The notes under the pieces are model-generated. The model had not been told where the DNA came from. It saw nothing but the letters and a program-made list of their open reading frames with translations, and ran no database searches. Shown here piece by piece: positions 28,608 to 38,370 of a DNA stretch of 64,000 bases. Positions within the stretch are counted from its first letter, which is position 1. Each line of letters begins with the position of its first letter. The position numbers were made by a program, and so were the translations under genes. Source of the stretch: Minisyncoccota bacterium (GTDB lineage: Bacteria > Patescibacteriota > Microgenomatia > UBA1400 > PJMF01); contig JAACWQ010000002.1 of NCBI GenBank assembly GCA_009991965.1, forward strand, positions 81,617-145,616, given 5' to 3'.

Positions 28608-29873
28608 TTAGTCATGGTTGATCCTGAAATAATTCCGTTTGCCAATACGAATGGCAGATATGTTTGTTGTATCGAGCATTTGCTGTGGATCAGTGATTTT
28701 CTGTTCATCTGGAGCGTAGATTGCAGTGCCACCCTGAGTGATTAGTCGGCGTAGATTGTTTTTACTCTCATTTGGGAGACATTCGCTTGCTAAGGATAAA
28801 ACAGATAACTTGCAACTCGAAACAGTAATAGTAGGGTCAACTTCAGAAGCAGACTTTTGTTGAACAGTTGTGTGAAAATAGTCGGCAGCCATGTTTGCTA
28901 AAGCTTGAGTGTGGTACTGCGTCACAATTGTTTTTGCTAGCTGTTGTTTGAATCCCATGGGGTTTTCTCCTGCCTGCATGGCGCGTTCCATTTCCGAGAT
29001 TTCTTCGGCTGCTACATCAGTCAACAAGGTAAAGTACTGGATGATTTGCTCGTCGGCGATCCGCATAAGTTTGCCGTACATTTCTGTCGGTTCTTCGGTC
29101 AGCGCGACAAAATTGCCGTACGATTTGCTCATCTTGCGTCCATCGGTCCCGTTGATAATTGGTGTCGTCAGCACCCATTTTTCTCGATTGTTATAGGATT
29201 TTTGCAACGTGCGACCCATCAGCATGTTGAATAATTGGTCTGATCCGCCGAGTTCCAGATCGACATCCATGACGACACTGTCGTAGCCTTGCAGTAATGG
29301 GTAAATGATTTCGTGACCAAAAATTGGCAACTCGTTTTTTATCCGTTCTTGGAACATATCGCGTTCTACCATCTGCTGTATTGTGGTTTTTGCCAGTAAT
29401 TTGACAATATCTTGGTAGGTCAATTTATCGAGCCAGTCGCCGTTGTAACGGATTGAGATTTTGTCAAAATCTAGAATTTTGCTCGCCTGTTGTTTCCAGT
29501 TTTTGAAGTTTTCTTGGATGACTTCGTCAGTCAGTTCTGGTCTGGTGCTGTCGCGGCCAGTTGGGTCGCCGATACGAACCGTGCCGTTGCCGATCAAAAG
29601 AATAACTTCGTGGCCTGCAGCTGCAAATTGTTGCAACTTGCGCAGCACAACTGAGTGACCGAGTGTGAGTAAATTACCGCTCGGATCGATACCAAGGTAG
29701 ACGCGGATCTTTTTTTGCTCCATGAGCGCGAAAAGTCCGGTTGCATCGGGGACGATTTGCTCGACACCTCTAGTCAGTAGTTCGGGGAGTTTTGTAGTCA
29801 CGAAAGTATTGTACCGCACTAATAATGGATTTTTATTCCTGTCTGAAGAGGGAGTCACCAAACCGTTTTGCAT
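28608..29873 (-). CDS. tyrS: tyrosyl-tRNA synthetase
   Basis: Class I HIGH (LGHSV variant) and KMSKS motifs. C-terminal S4-like domain. Confidence 0.9.
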   Translation of the reverse strand: MQNGLVTPSSDRNKNPLLVRYNTFVTTKLPELLTRGVEQIVPDATGLFALMEQKKIRVYLGIDPSGNLLTLGHSVVLRKLQQFAAAGHEVILLIGNGTVRIGDPTGRDSTRPELTDEVIQENFKNWKQQASKILDFDKISIRYNGDWLDKLTYQDIVKLLAKTTIQQMVERDMFQERIKNELPIFGHEIIYPLLQGYDSVVMDVDLELGGSDQLFNMLMGRTLQKSYNNREKWVLTTPIINGTDGRKMSKSYGNFVALTEEPTEMYGKLMRIADEQIIQYFTLLTDVAAEEISEMERAMQAGENPMGFKQQLAKTIVTQYHTQALANMAADYFHTTVQQKSASEVDPTITVSSCKLSVLSLASECLPNESKNNLRRLITQGGTAIYAPDEQKITDPQQMLDTTNISAIRIGKRNYFRINHD

Positions 29874-30660
29874 GGGTCAGTAGAAAGATGCTGCTGATGA
29901 GTGAAAGTACGCCCGTGCCGATCAAAAATACAGTTTGGCCAACAGAACCAGTTGCTGGCAGAGTGCTCGCTCCTTGAGCAGCAGCAATGCTTTCTCCAGT
30001 GCAACTACAATTGGTTGTCGTATTGCAGCTTGGGTTGCGGCATTTGCCAGACACACAACTCAGACCTGTGGCACATGAGACTGTCGCAGAACAATCTTGG
30101 TTGCATTGTGCAGTCGTTGTTGAGCTTGAACCACTGGTGGTAGTAAAGGTATAGCTGCCAGGTATGTTGGCACTGCATTGTGTGGTGGTGGCTAGTAGGT
30201 TAGCACCAACCAAAGTGATCAAATTGGAGTCATCAGAGCTTGTTTCGGAGCAACGAAGCGCGACCGCGACCGTGCCAGTCGCACCAGTGACAGGTTTCAC
30301 AGTTAGTGTGGCTAGTGTGCCCGTGCCCGTTACTCCGACGGTGTCTCCGATTGTCAATGTACCGGAAATAACGATTTCGCCGGTTTTGGTTGTATCGGTT
30401 GTGACTGTCGGGAAGTACGTACCGTTGACACTGGTGACGGTGACTTTTGCCGCATCGTAAGTGACGACTGCGCTGGCCGATTTCAGCTGATTTGAGTCTG
30501 CGTCAATAGTAACTGCGACACTGGTACCGGCCGTCTGCAGTGTTCCTGATGCGGGCGAGAGTGCAAAATGGGCAGCGGCCTGCGCAGCAGTGACGCTGTA
30601 GTGTCCCGCAAGGAGAAATATGCCGATAAGCAGAAGTGTTCGCTTGAGCAGTGTTGGCAT
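29833..30660 (-). CDS. LPXTG-anchored surface protein with cohesin-like domain and Cys/Thr-rich stalk
   Basis: Signal peptide. VVTYDAAKVTVTSV and GTGTLATLTVKPVTGATGTVAV are cohesin-like. C-terminal LPATGS, then a hydrophobic segment and a basic tail (HAKRFGD). Confidence 0.55.
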   Translation of the reverse strand: MPTLLKRTLLLIGIFLLAGHYSVTAAQAAAHFALSPASGTLQTAGTSVAVTIDADSNQLKSASAVVTYDAAKVTVTSVNGTYFPTVTTDTTKTGEIVISGTLTIGDTVGVTGTGTLATLTVKPVTGATGTVAVALRCSETSSDDSNLITLVGANLLATTTQCSANIPGSYTFTTTSGSSSTTTAQCNQDCSATVSCATGLSCVSGKCRNPSCNTTTNCSCTGESIAAAQGASTLPATGSVGQTVFLIGTGVLSLISSIFLLTHAKRFGDSLFRQE

Positions 30661-30663
30661 TGG

Positions 30664-31281
30664 CTATTTAGTTAGTATTGTTAGATTTTTGGTACTTTTG
30701 AGTATGTCGTCTCCTTGATTGCCCGCCACAACTGTCCCGTCAGCTGCAAAACTAAACGTGATCTCCCCTGGTTGCTTTGGCGTATAGGTGATTGTTGCCA
30801 GTGTTACTTCTGTACCAATTGTCACTGTTTCGTCTGGGAGACGCACTACTGCGAGGTTGATGACGCCTGTTTCTGCAGAAACAGTGTTGCGAACAACAGA
30901 GCTGAAGATCTGGCTTGGCTTGAGCGAAACATTAGTCACAAGATTTGGGTCAAAGTGAATGATAAGCTCTACTCCGTCGACGAGTTGCTCTATAGTTTCC
31001 GAACTGATCATGATATTGGCTGTGTTCTTTTCTTTTGCTTCGACCACAGCGAGCTCTACGCTTGGAGTGCTCTGCTCTTTGTTGATCATGGGCAGTTTAT
31101 CGCTCTCATCCATTTGTCTCGCAGGTTGTCGCAAAGTAGATACTGTGTCGCTATTTTTGTAGAGTAAGAAGCTTGTGGCGGCTAAAATAGCGGCGGCGAG
31201 CACGCCAATCACAAATCTATTGACAGCGTGTTCTGGTATTGGGTTGGGCATAGGACTTTTTGATTGAGTATTACTGATCAT
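30664..31281 (-). CDS. membrane-anchored secreted protein with cohesin-like domain
   Basis: N-terminal signal anchor. IIHFDPNLVTNVS and VTLATITYTPKQPGEITFSF are cohesin-like. Confidence 0.45.
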   Translation of the reverse strand: MISNTQSKSPMPNPIPEHAVNRFVIGVLAAAILAATSFLLYKNSDTVSTLRQPARQMDESDKLPMINKEQSTPSVELAVVEAKEKNTANIMISSETIEQLVDGVELIIHFDPNLVTNVSLKPSQIFSSVVRNTVSAETGVINLAVVRLPDETVTIGTEVTLATITYTPKQPGEITFSFAADGTVVAGNQGDDILKSTKNLTILTK

Positions 31282-32479
31282 ACGCGGTACTGAGTGTCTC
31301 GAGCAAGAGATCCATGTCTAGATTGGTTACAGTGCCATCTGCATTGCAGTCTGCACGAGCTACACAGGCGGCATCAGTTCGTTTACTCAGACAGCCAACC
31401 ATAAAAGAATAATCTGTTACGCGTACGACGCCATCTTGCTGATCTTTATTTGTACCCGAGATAGGCAGATCGCCGCAGGCAAGCGGCTTGTTTACAAAGT
31501 TAAACGTGTGCTCCACATCTTTGGTAATATCAATGCCATCGGTGATCTGACAGCGATAGTCTGCGATTTGCTCATTCTTGCAGAAACGAATTTGTTGGTG
31601 TTTTGGACCCTTGAGCAAAATATTGTATTTACCCGTGGCGAGCGTTGTGCTCGCAAGTGGATTGCTCAGGGAAAAGTATTGTGACAATCCATCAGTTTGT
31701 CCTACCACAAACCTGCTTATAACAGCAGCTGGGACCGTAATCTCGCCTGTGGCCATATTTTGCAGTGTTATTTTTACCGTTTGTGCTCGAGCAGCTTCTG
31801 GTAAGAAGTTAGGATTATGTTCTACCGGCAACCCAGCAAATTTGAACGCCAGTTGAATGGTTGTTTTAAGCGTTTCCGAAGCTTCTTCGGCGATGGTTAA
31901 ATTAATTGGTGTTGTCGGACTCTGATACACATTGTTTGTCAAGCCAGTTGCGGCGATTTTGGCAGATTGAGCGTCGATGCCAACAGCACTGTTGCCGACT
32001 GCGTTTTTGGTACGGAAAGTGAAGCTAACGAGATGTTGTGTGCCAGTTGCAGTAGAATCTGGCTGTTTGCCAATCGCTAGGCGAATTCTGCCGTTGGTAG
32101 TGTCTACTTCTTTTTTGAGCAAAACGCCAAAATTCGCGGTAAATAGATCGGTCGAAACATATTCAAGTGAAAGCGGGTCATAGGTAAGCACAAAATCCGT
32201 TGCTGTTGGTTGCGCATTGGTTGGCAGTATTTCTACAAGCACGCTCATGGTTCTGTTTGGCGTAATTGTGATGGTTGCCGAAGGTTGATTTTGTGTATTG
32301 TTTTCGACTGCAGAGAGTCTCAGCTGCACTGCTTCACCGGTTGCACCTTGTCGCAAATCTTGATTGTTCATGGTAAGCATGACGGTTGAAAAGAGACCTA
32401 CTATGGCAGTAAGTATCAGTGCTATCCCCAGCGCTCGCTTGGTTTTCATTTCCTGGGTAGTGATAAATTGTTTCATCAT
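31271..32479 (-). CDS. secreted protein with N-terminal cohesin-like domain and C-terminal dockerin-like module
   Basis: Signal anchor. FVLTYDPLSLEYVS and HLVSFTFRTKNAVGNSAV are cohesin-like. The C-terminal DCNADGTVTNLDMDLLLETL matches the dockerin Ca-binding repeat D-x-N-x-D-G-x-V...D...L. Confidence 0.5.
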   Translation of the reverse strand: MMKQFITTQEMKTKRALGIALILTAIVGLFSTVMLTMNNQDLRQGATGEAVQLRLSAVENNTQNQPSATITITPNRTMSVLVEILPTNAQPTATDFVLTYDPLSLEYVSTDLFTANFGVLLKKEVDTTNGRIRLAIGKQPDSTATGTQHLVSFTFRTKNAVGNSAVGIDAQSAKIAATGLTNNVYQSPTTPINLTIAEEASETLKTTIQLAFKFAGLPVEHNPNFLPEAARAQTVKITLQNMATGEITVPAAVISRFVVGQTDGLSQYFSLSNPLASTTLATGKYNILLKGPKHQQIRFCKNEQIADYRCQITDGIDITKDVEHTFNFVNKPLACGDLPISGTNKDQQDGVVRVTDYSFMVGCLSKRTDAACVARADCNADGTVTNLDMDLLLETLSTAYDQ

Positions 32480-32487
32480 GCTGTTAG

Positions 32488-34350
32488 TTACCTATTTGTG
32501 TCAAACACCTCTATGAAACTTATAATATCTTGTGAATCAATTGTACATGTTCCAGCTAAATTATAGTCACAAAAATCTGTACCAAATTTGCCGAATAGTA
32601 GATTGTAATCAAAAATGTCTACTTTGCCGCTGCGGTCAAAATCTCCAGATATTTGTTGGGTACTAGCACAATTAGTCTCAGATTCCCCAACCGCTGTGCA
32701 AGCAATTATTGGTTGTCCCAAACCTTGGCTGTTTGCTCGCTGCCAAGTTACATCGAGTAAATCTGGTCTACTCCCCGCTTGCTGCACATAACTCCAACAA
32801 AAACCTTCGTTGCAGATTGTGCTGGTATTGTTAACATCATTTGTCCACCCGACGGTCGGTCCATTATTTGCAGTGATGCTGACACCAGTGTCGCCAGGAG
32901 CAATTTTAAAGAGGTCGGTGATATCAAATGGTCTGCCTTTTCCGGCATCATCTTGGTTGTGCCAGCGCATTTCATTGTAATTAAACACCCAGCACCACTT
33001 GGTATTGCAAAAATATTCACGACTATTTACCTTGTCTGTCCAGGCAGCAGAAATACCTGCGCCAGAGAAAAGTGTGGTGCCATCACTTGCGGCGACTGTG
33101 TCTTTCCAATATTGTTGTGTGCTCAAATCAATTCCTTGGCCATTATTTGCCCAGCCACCAGTACCCCAGAGCCACATAAATTTGTTGTTGGTCAGAGACA
33201 CCAAATTGTTTTTGTAATCTTCCCAGCCGGCTTTTGGTCCGCCATTTTTCCAGAGTGATTGCGATTCGGTAGTTTGAACATTACTGCCAAATGCAGCTCT
33301 TAAATCAATAGGATTGCCGCTATTTTCTATGAGGCCCGTTGCAAAATTGCTTCTCCAACACCAGGCGCCATTACAGATTGTTGCAATGTGTGAAGTGGGA
33401 TCGGTCCATGCTGTAGTCGGTCCAAGTCTGTTCTGTTGGGCATTTTTTGTCCACGGGAGTGTGTCGTCGCTGGCTGCTACAAATTTGACCGTTGTACTGG
33501 GTGGAGTTGGCTCTGGCGGAGTCGTTTCTTCTGGAAATATATTTGCCAAAATTTTTGTTGCAAGATTGTCCGAAATGAAATTAATTGACCCTTCCTTAGT
33601 TAGTTCCCACTTACCCTGTTCTCTTGATTTATTTTGCACGATGGTTTCTCTGTCAACGGCGTCGAATGCAGCCACCATGCCGTTTTGTTCGTTATTTGCT
33701 ATGCCTTCTGCATTGACCAGTCCGTAGTCAAAATACACGCCAATCAGGTCGGGCGCGTCGGCTGCCTCTACCCCATATGTTGGGGACGCAGGAGTGACGC
33801 TGCTCAGCAAAGTTCCGTTTGGTGCGTAGAACTCAATTTTGCTGATGCCAAAATCTCGATCAGTTACGGGAGTTGTATTTGGATTCCAGTAGTCATTGAA
33901 AAAGACATAGGATAGCTTGGTTATAAAACGGTCGCTCGTGTTTTGATCAGGTTGCATAAGTAGCTTGCCCACGGAAACTTGTGTTTCCAATACCTGTGTT
34001 GTTGCTGTTGGACAAAAGTAATTGCCGCAATCGCCTGGTTGCATTTTGTCGTTGTACAAGTTGGGAGTACCACAACCAGTTCCAGCGGAAGCACAGCTGC
34101 CATAGTCATAGGGACCGTCAAAATTTGTTCCATTGTTTATATACAAGGCAAATTTTGGCCAATTAGAACTATCTCTAGTATCGAGTCCGGCTTTTGCAGT
34201 GACATGTGTTTTGATAGTAATGGGAACATCTGCGATTGCGGTAATTGCGTTTAAGTCAATTGCCTCAACCGAGAGTGAGGTGTTGCTGAGTTGGTTTGCG
34301 AGTCCAAAAAGACTCAGGGCACACAAAAAGATAAAAGCTACCCTAGACAT
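32488..34350 (-). CDS. large secreted protein with Cys-Trp repeat modules and C-terminal dockerin-like module
   Basis: Signal peptide. Three repeats of the type TICN.G.CW (ICNEGFCWSY, ICNGAWCWRS, FCNTKWCWVF). C-terminal DFDRSGKVDIFDYNLLFGKF is dockerin-like. Confidence 0.45.
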   Translation of the reverse strand: MSRVAFIFLCALSLFGLANQLSNTSLSVEAIDLNAITAIADVPITIKTHVTAKAGLDTRDSSNWPKFALYINNGTNFDGPYDYGSCASAGTGCGTPNLYNDKMQPGDCGNYFCPTATTQVLETQVSVGKLLMQPDQNTSDRFITKLSYVFFNDYWNPNTTPVTDRDFGISKIEFYAPNGTLLSSVTPASPTYGVEAADAPDLIGVYFDYGLVNAEGIANNEQNGMVAAFDAVDRETIVQNKSREQGKWELTKEGSINFISDNLATKILANIFPEETTPPEPTPPSTTVKFVAASDDTLPWTKNAQQNRLGPTTAWTDPTSHIATICNGAWCWRSNFATGLIENSGNPIDLRAAFGSNVQTTESQSLWKNGGPKAGWEDYKNNLVSLTNNKFMWLWGTGGWANNGQGIDLSTQQYWKDTVAASDGTTLFSGAGISAAWTDKVNSREYFCNTKWCWVFNYNEMRWHNQDDAGKGRPFDITDLFKIAPGDTGVSITANNGPTVGWTNDVNNTSTICNEGFCWSYVQQAGSRPDLLDVTWQRANSQGLGQPIIACTAVGESETNCASTQQISGDFDRSGKVDIFDYNLLFGKFGTDFCDYNLAGTCTIDSQDIISFIEVFDTNR

Positions 34351-34397
34351 ATACGTTACTACTATAAGGCATAATTGTAAGTTGTTACAATAGCAGC

Positions 34398-37151
34398 GTG
34401 AATCTCTCTTCTCGCCTCCAGTACCACTCGCTAGTTTTTCGAGGTCGCTTGCGGTACTATTGGTACCGCATGAGACGACTCACTTCTCGAAGAAATAGAT
34501 TACAAACTCCGTCCCGTAGAATTGTTACGACACCAGGTCTCGGTCGCGGAAAATTACTGTGGTTCAAACTGTTACGTTTTGTTGCACTGGCCGGAATGAT
34601 CAGCATTGTGTTGGGGATAATCTTATTTTTTGTGCTGTTTGCTTGGTTCTCGCGCAGTTTACCCAAGCCTGGTGAAGTAATCCGTCATTCTGGTTTTAGC
34701 ACCAAGATTTTTGATCGCAACGGGGTTTTGTTGTACGACTTGTTTGATCAGGAGCGACGGACGCCGGTGATTATCTCAGAGCTTCCCGATGACCTCCTAC
34801 ACGCAACTATTGCAACCGAAGATAAAGATTTTTACAAACATGGTGGTTTTGACATGCTCACGGTCTTGCGAATTCCGTACAACGTCATCGCTCGCCAACG
34901 GGTGATTGGGGGCTCGACCCTCACTCAGCAGTTGGTCAAAAATGCGCTGTTAACAAATGAACGCACTATTACTCGCAAGTTCAAAGAATTTGTCTTGTCG
35001 CTGCAGCTTGAGCGCACATTTACCAAAGATCAAATTCTCGAGATGTACCTCAATGAAGCCCCGTACGGCGGAACTGCTTGGGGTGTAGGAACTGCAGCCG
35101 AGGTGTACTTTAATAAACCAGCAAAAGATCTCACTTTAGTAGAGTCAGCGATTTTGGCAGGCTTGCCACAGCGACCATCGGCCTACTCTCCCTATACGGG
35201 TAAGTCCGATGAAGATGGCACACCGCTGTGGAAAGTTCGTGCCAAGGGCGTGTTGCGGCGCATGCAGGAAGATGACTATATTACTGACCTTGCCTACGAA
35301 TCTGCTCTCGCTGATCTAGATTCGATTGAGTTTTCTCGCAGCCAACTCTCGATCAAAGCACCCCACTTTGTCTTTTATATTCGCGACTTACTCGATGAGT
35401 TGTATGGCGAAGATGTTGTCGAAACTTCTGGTTTCAAAGTCACTACGAGTTTAGATTTGGAGATGCAAGACAAAGTGCAAGAAATAGTTTTTGAAGAAAT
35501 TGACAAAGTTACTAACCTCAATATTACAAATGGTTCGGCCATGGTGATGGATCCAAGAACGGGCGAAATTTTGAGCATGGTCGGGAGTAAAGATTTTGAG
35601 AGCGAAGAAATCGATGGGCAATACAATGTTGCGGTAGACGGTTTGCGCCAACCGGGTTCTTCGATCAAGCCAGTCACCTATCTATCTTTGCTGCAACAGG
35701 GATACACACCATCTTCTATTTTGATCGATACACCGACTGTTTTTACGCCAAACGAATCAGCCGATGCCTATGAGCCAAAGAATTATGACGGCAAATTTCA
35801 TGGTCCAGTCTCTGTTCGCACGAGTCTTGCCAGTTCGCTCAACGTCCCGGCGGTCAAGGCGCTCGCAACAGTTGGCATCGATGCTTTTTTACAGCAAGCC
35901 TACGACATGGGTTTTGTGACATTGGAGCCAACACAGGCCAATAAAAAGCGATTTGGGCTCGCGGTCACTCTGGGAGGTGCAGAAGTACACTTGATCGATA
36001 CCGTTACCGCATATAGCTCATTTGCAACTGGAGGAAAAAAGGTTGAACCAGTCGGAATTTTGAAAATCGAAGACCAGACTGGTCGCACCGTGTTTGAGCA
36101 CAAGCAGGTCGAAGGTCAGCGACTTTTTTCTGAGGCAGCTGCCTTTCTTATCAATCATATTCTCTCTGACAACATCGCTCGCTCGCTCGCGTTTGGTACG
36201 CGCTCACTGCTCAACGTCAGTCCAAATGTTGCAGTCAAAACAGGAACAACCAATGATCAGCGAGATAACTGGGCAATTGGTTGGTCGCAAGATGTAGTCG
36301 TTGGTGCTTGGGTTGGTAACAACGATAATTCTGCAATGAAAGTGGTGGCTTCTGGTGTGTCTGGTGCTACACCAATTTGGCGCAGAATTATGCTGTTGGC
36401 GCTCGATAGCGGGTACGGTGCGCCTGCGTGGGAAGTGCCGGAAGATATTGACCAAGTATTAGTAGACAGTGTTTCTGGCTATCCAGAGCACGACGGGTTC
36501 CCCAGCCGTAGTGATTTTGCGATCAAAGGAACACTGCCAAATTTGCCAGATTTAGTACACACTAAACTCAAGCTGTGTCGTGGCGAAAACAAGCTTGCTC
36601 CTGAGGCGCGCGTTGCTGGTGGAGATTACGAAGAGCGTGAAGCAATTGTTTTGCAAGAATCTGATCTAGTTTCACTCGACGGTATCAATCGTTGGCAAGC
36701 TGGTATTAACGAATGGATCGGTGGCCAAGAAGATTCACGCTACAAAATCCCCACGGAGTACTGCGGCAATCAGAAAGAGATCTTTCTCAATATGAGTCGG
36801 CCAGAAAATGAGAAGAAGTACGACAATGAAGACATTGAGATAAAAATAGAATCAGATTCTGGTGAAGGTATCGAAAAATTAGAACTCATTGTCAACGGTT
36901 CAGTTCGCGAGACAATCAATAATCGTAACTACACTGGGACGATTAAATTGACAAAGGGACGCTATGAGATTTGGGTAAAAGCCTACTCACGATCGGGAGA
37001 GACGAAAGAAAGTGGCCATGTCAGAATTGGTACCGGTGGTGAAGACTGGAAAGCGCCAGATCCTACACCAACGCCTACCCCAGTTCCAACCCCTACTCCT
37101 TCACTTACACCGAGTCCGGTTCCTTCTCTGATTCCTTCACCAACACCATAA
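34398..37151 (+). CDS. penicillin-binding protein 1A (bifunctional glycosyltransferase/transpeptidase) with C-terminal extension
   Basis: GT51 motifs EDKDFYKHGGFD and GGSTLTQQ. Transpeptidase SxxK region (PGSSIKP) and KTGT. C-terminal extra domain and Pro/Thr-rich tail PTPTPTPVPTPTPS. Confidence 0.85.
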   Translation: MNLSSRLQYHSLVFRGRLRYYWYRMRRLTSRRNRLQTPSRRIVTTPGLGRGKLLWFKLLRFVALAGMISIVLGIILFFVLFAWFSRSLPKPGEVIRHSGFSTKIFDRNGVLLYDLFDQERRTPVIISELPDDLLHATIATEDKDFYKHGGFDMLTVLRIPYNVIARQRVIGGSTLTQQLVKNALLTNERTITRKFKEFVLSLQLERTFTKDQILEMYLNEAPYGGTAWGVGTAAEVYFNKPAKDLTLVESAILAGLPQRPSAYSPYTGKSDEDGTPLWKVRAKGVLRRMQEDDYITDLAYESALADLDSIEFSRSQLSIKAPHFVFYIRDLLDELYGEDVVETSGFKVTTSLDLEMQDKVQEIVFEEIDKVTNLNITNGSAMVMDPRTGEILSMVGSKDFESEEIDGQYNVAVDGLRQPGSSIKPVTYLSLLQQGYTPSSILIDTPTVFTPNESADAYEPKNYDGKFHGPVSVRTSLASSLNVPAVKALATVGIDAFLQQAYDMGFVTLEPTQANKKRFGLAVTLGGAEVHLIDTVTAYSSFATGGKKVEPVGILKIEDQTGRTVFEHKQVEGQRLFSEAAAFLINHILSDNIARSLAFGTRSLLNVSPNVAVKTGTTNDQRDNWAIGWSQDVVVGAWVGNNDNSAMKVVASGVSGATPIWRRIMLLALDSGYGAPAWEVPEDIDQVLVDSVSGYPEHDGFPSRSDFAIKGTLPNLPDLVHTKLKLCRGENKLAPEARVAGGDYEEREAIVLQESDLVSLDGINRWQAGINEWIGGQEDSRYKIPTEYCGNQKEIFLNMSRPENEKKYDNEDIEIKIESDSGEGIEKLELIVNGSVRETINNRNYTGTIKLTKGRYEIWVKAYSRSGETKESGHVRIGTGGEDWKAPDPTPTPTPVPTPTPSLTPSPVPSLIPSPTP

Positions 37152-38370
37152 GCAATAGTACTGCAACCGCCAACCTTCCACTTTCAAGTGTGTAGAGATA
37201 GTGATCAAGACTCAACAGCGGCACCGCGATACAGCTCGCAAGTAGCAACGAGTCTGGGTGGTAGTTTTTTCGTTGTAACCAGATCAAAAGTCCGAGTACT
37301 GCCAGAACTCCAACTACGCCTATTTCCGACAACGTGAGAAGCGGTATGTTGTGGGCGGGTTGTATGAAGCGCTCTAGATCTTTGTTGGTATTTGTCAGCG
37401 AGAGCTCTTTGGTGAAGGTATTCAGACCGGTACCCCAAATAGGATTTTGTACAAAATTTGCTACAGCAACTTCATTGAGCGCAACTCGACGAACAAGACT
37501 GGGATGAGCGCTGATTTGTACAAGTTGCGCCAACGTGAGCGGGATAATAATTGCGAATGACCAAATGCCTATCAGGAATAGCTTTTTTTGTATGGGATCA
37601 AATTTATTTTTAACCAAGAAAAAAGCGATAGCCAAAACGGCGGCCAGCCAAGCACTCAGTGAAATTGTAAGTATGAGTGCAATTAGACCGACCAAGAGCG
37701 TGCCAAGCGCCAGCCAACGTGGTAAATCACCTCTCCGCTGCCAGAGGAGTACACCAGCGATAACCAGAATGCCTGCCAACACATTTGGGTGCGCAGTGGT
37801 GCCACTAGGGAGAATGAATTCTCTCCCCCCAATAGTTTGGGTTGCAATGCCAGCAAAGTGTAATAGGTCTGACTCGCCGAGAAACTTGTAGCCAAAGAGT
37901 GATTTTTGTAGGAAAAATTGCGCAATCGAGACTACAGACTGAAACACGATCATGCTCACCAAACCCCAAGTAAGTTGCTTGTTTTGCAAAATCTGCTTAG
38001 GAAGTTGCGTCATGCTCCAGGCAACAGCTCCAGCAAGCAAGAGTTCTGCAAAAAACCAGTTATACCAAATGCTAATTCCAAGTAGCGCCAGCCAAAGTAG
38101 CAGCAGTCGTTTTTTGTAGACAGCTGCGGTCAGGATAACAAAGCTGAGCGCTACAAGTGCACTCAAGTAGAGCTTGGGAATAAGGTAATCAATCCGTATG
38201 CCATTGGCATAGGCGCTTTGTTCGTGCAGTACCAAAAATAAGTTGCTCGGAATTAAAAATATAAGAAGACTAAGTAAGCTGACCAACCAGCGATCCGCCC
38301 CAATTTTGCTCCACCTTTGCCACCAACTGTTTGCGGAGGGGCGCGATTTGCTCTGAGGTAAGATTTTCAT
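37105..38370 (-). CDS. O-antigen ligase/Wzy-like polytopic membrane protein
   Basis: More than 10 TM helices with a large periplasmic loop. The long ORF would overlap pheT, so the start is placed at an internal Met. Start is uncertain. Confidence 0.45.
   Translation of the reverse strand: MKILPQSKSRPSANSWWQRWSKIGADRWLVSLLSLLIFLIPSNLFLVLHEQSAYANGIRIDYLIPKLYLSALVALSFVILTAAVYKKRLLLLWLALLGISIWYNWFFAELLLAGAVAWSMTQLPKQILQNKQLTWGLVSMIVFQSVVSIAQFFLQKSLFGYKFLGESDLLHFAGIATQTIGGREFILPSGTTAHPNVLAGILVIAGVLLWQRRGDLPRWLALGTLLVGLIALILTISLSAWLAAVLAIAFFLVKNKFDPIQKKLFLIGIWSFAIIIPLTLAQLVQISAHPSLVRRVALNEVAVANFVQNPIWGTGLNTFTKELSLTNTNKDLERFIQPAHNIPLLTLSEIGVVGVLAVLGLLIWLQRKNYHPDSLLLASCIAVPLLSLDHYLYTLESGRLAVAVLLLMVLVKESEKEPDSV

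Noticed and set aside
28511-28732. 73-aa minus-strand ORF between recG and tyrS with a C-terminal TM-like segment
   Set aside because: The full ORF would overlap the tyrS 3' end by about 125 nt. Only a 34-aa version (MTKKARQR...) fits the gap. Too short and unsupported to call.
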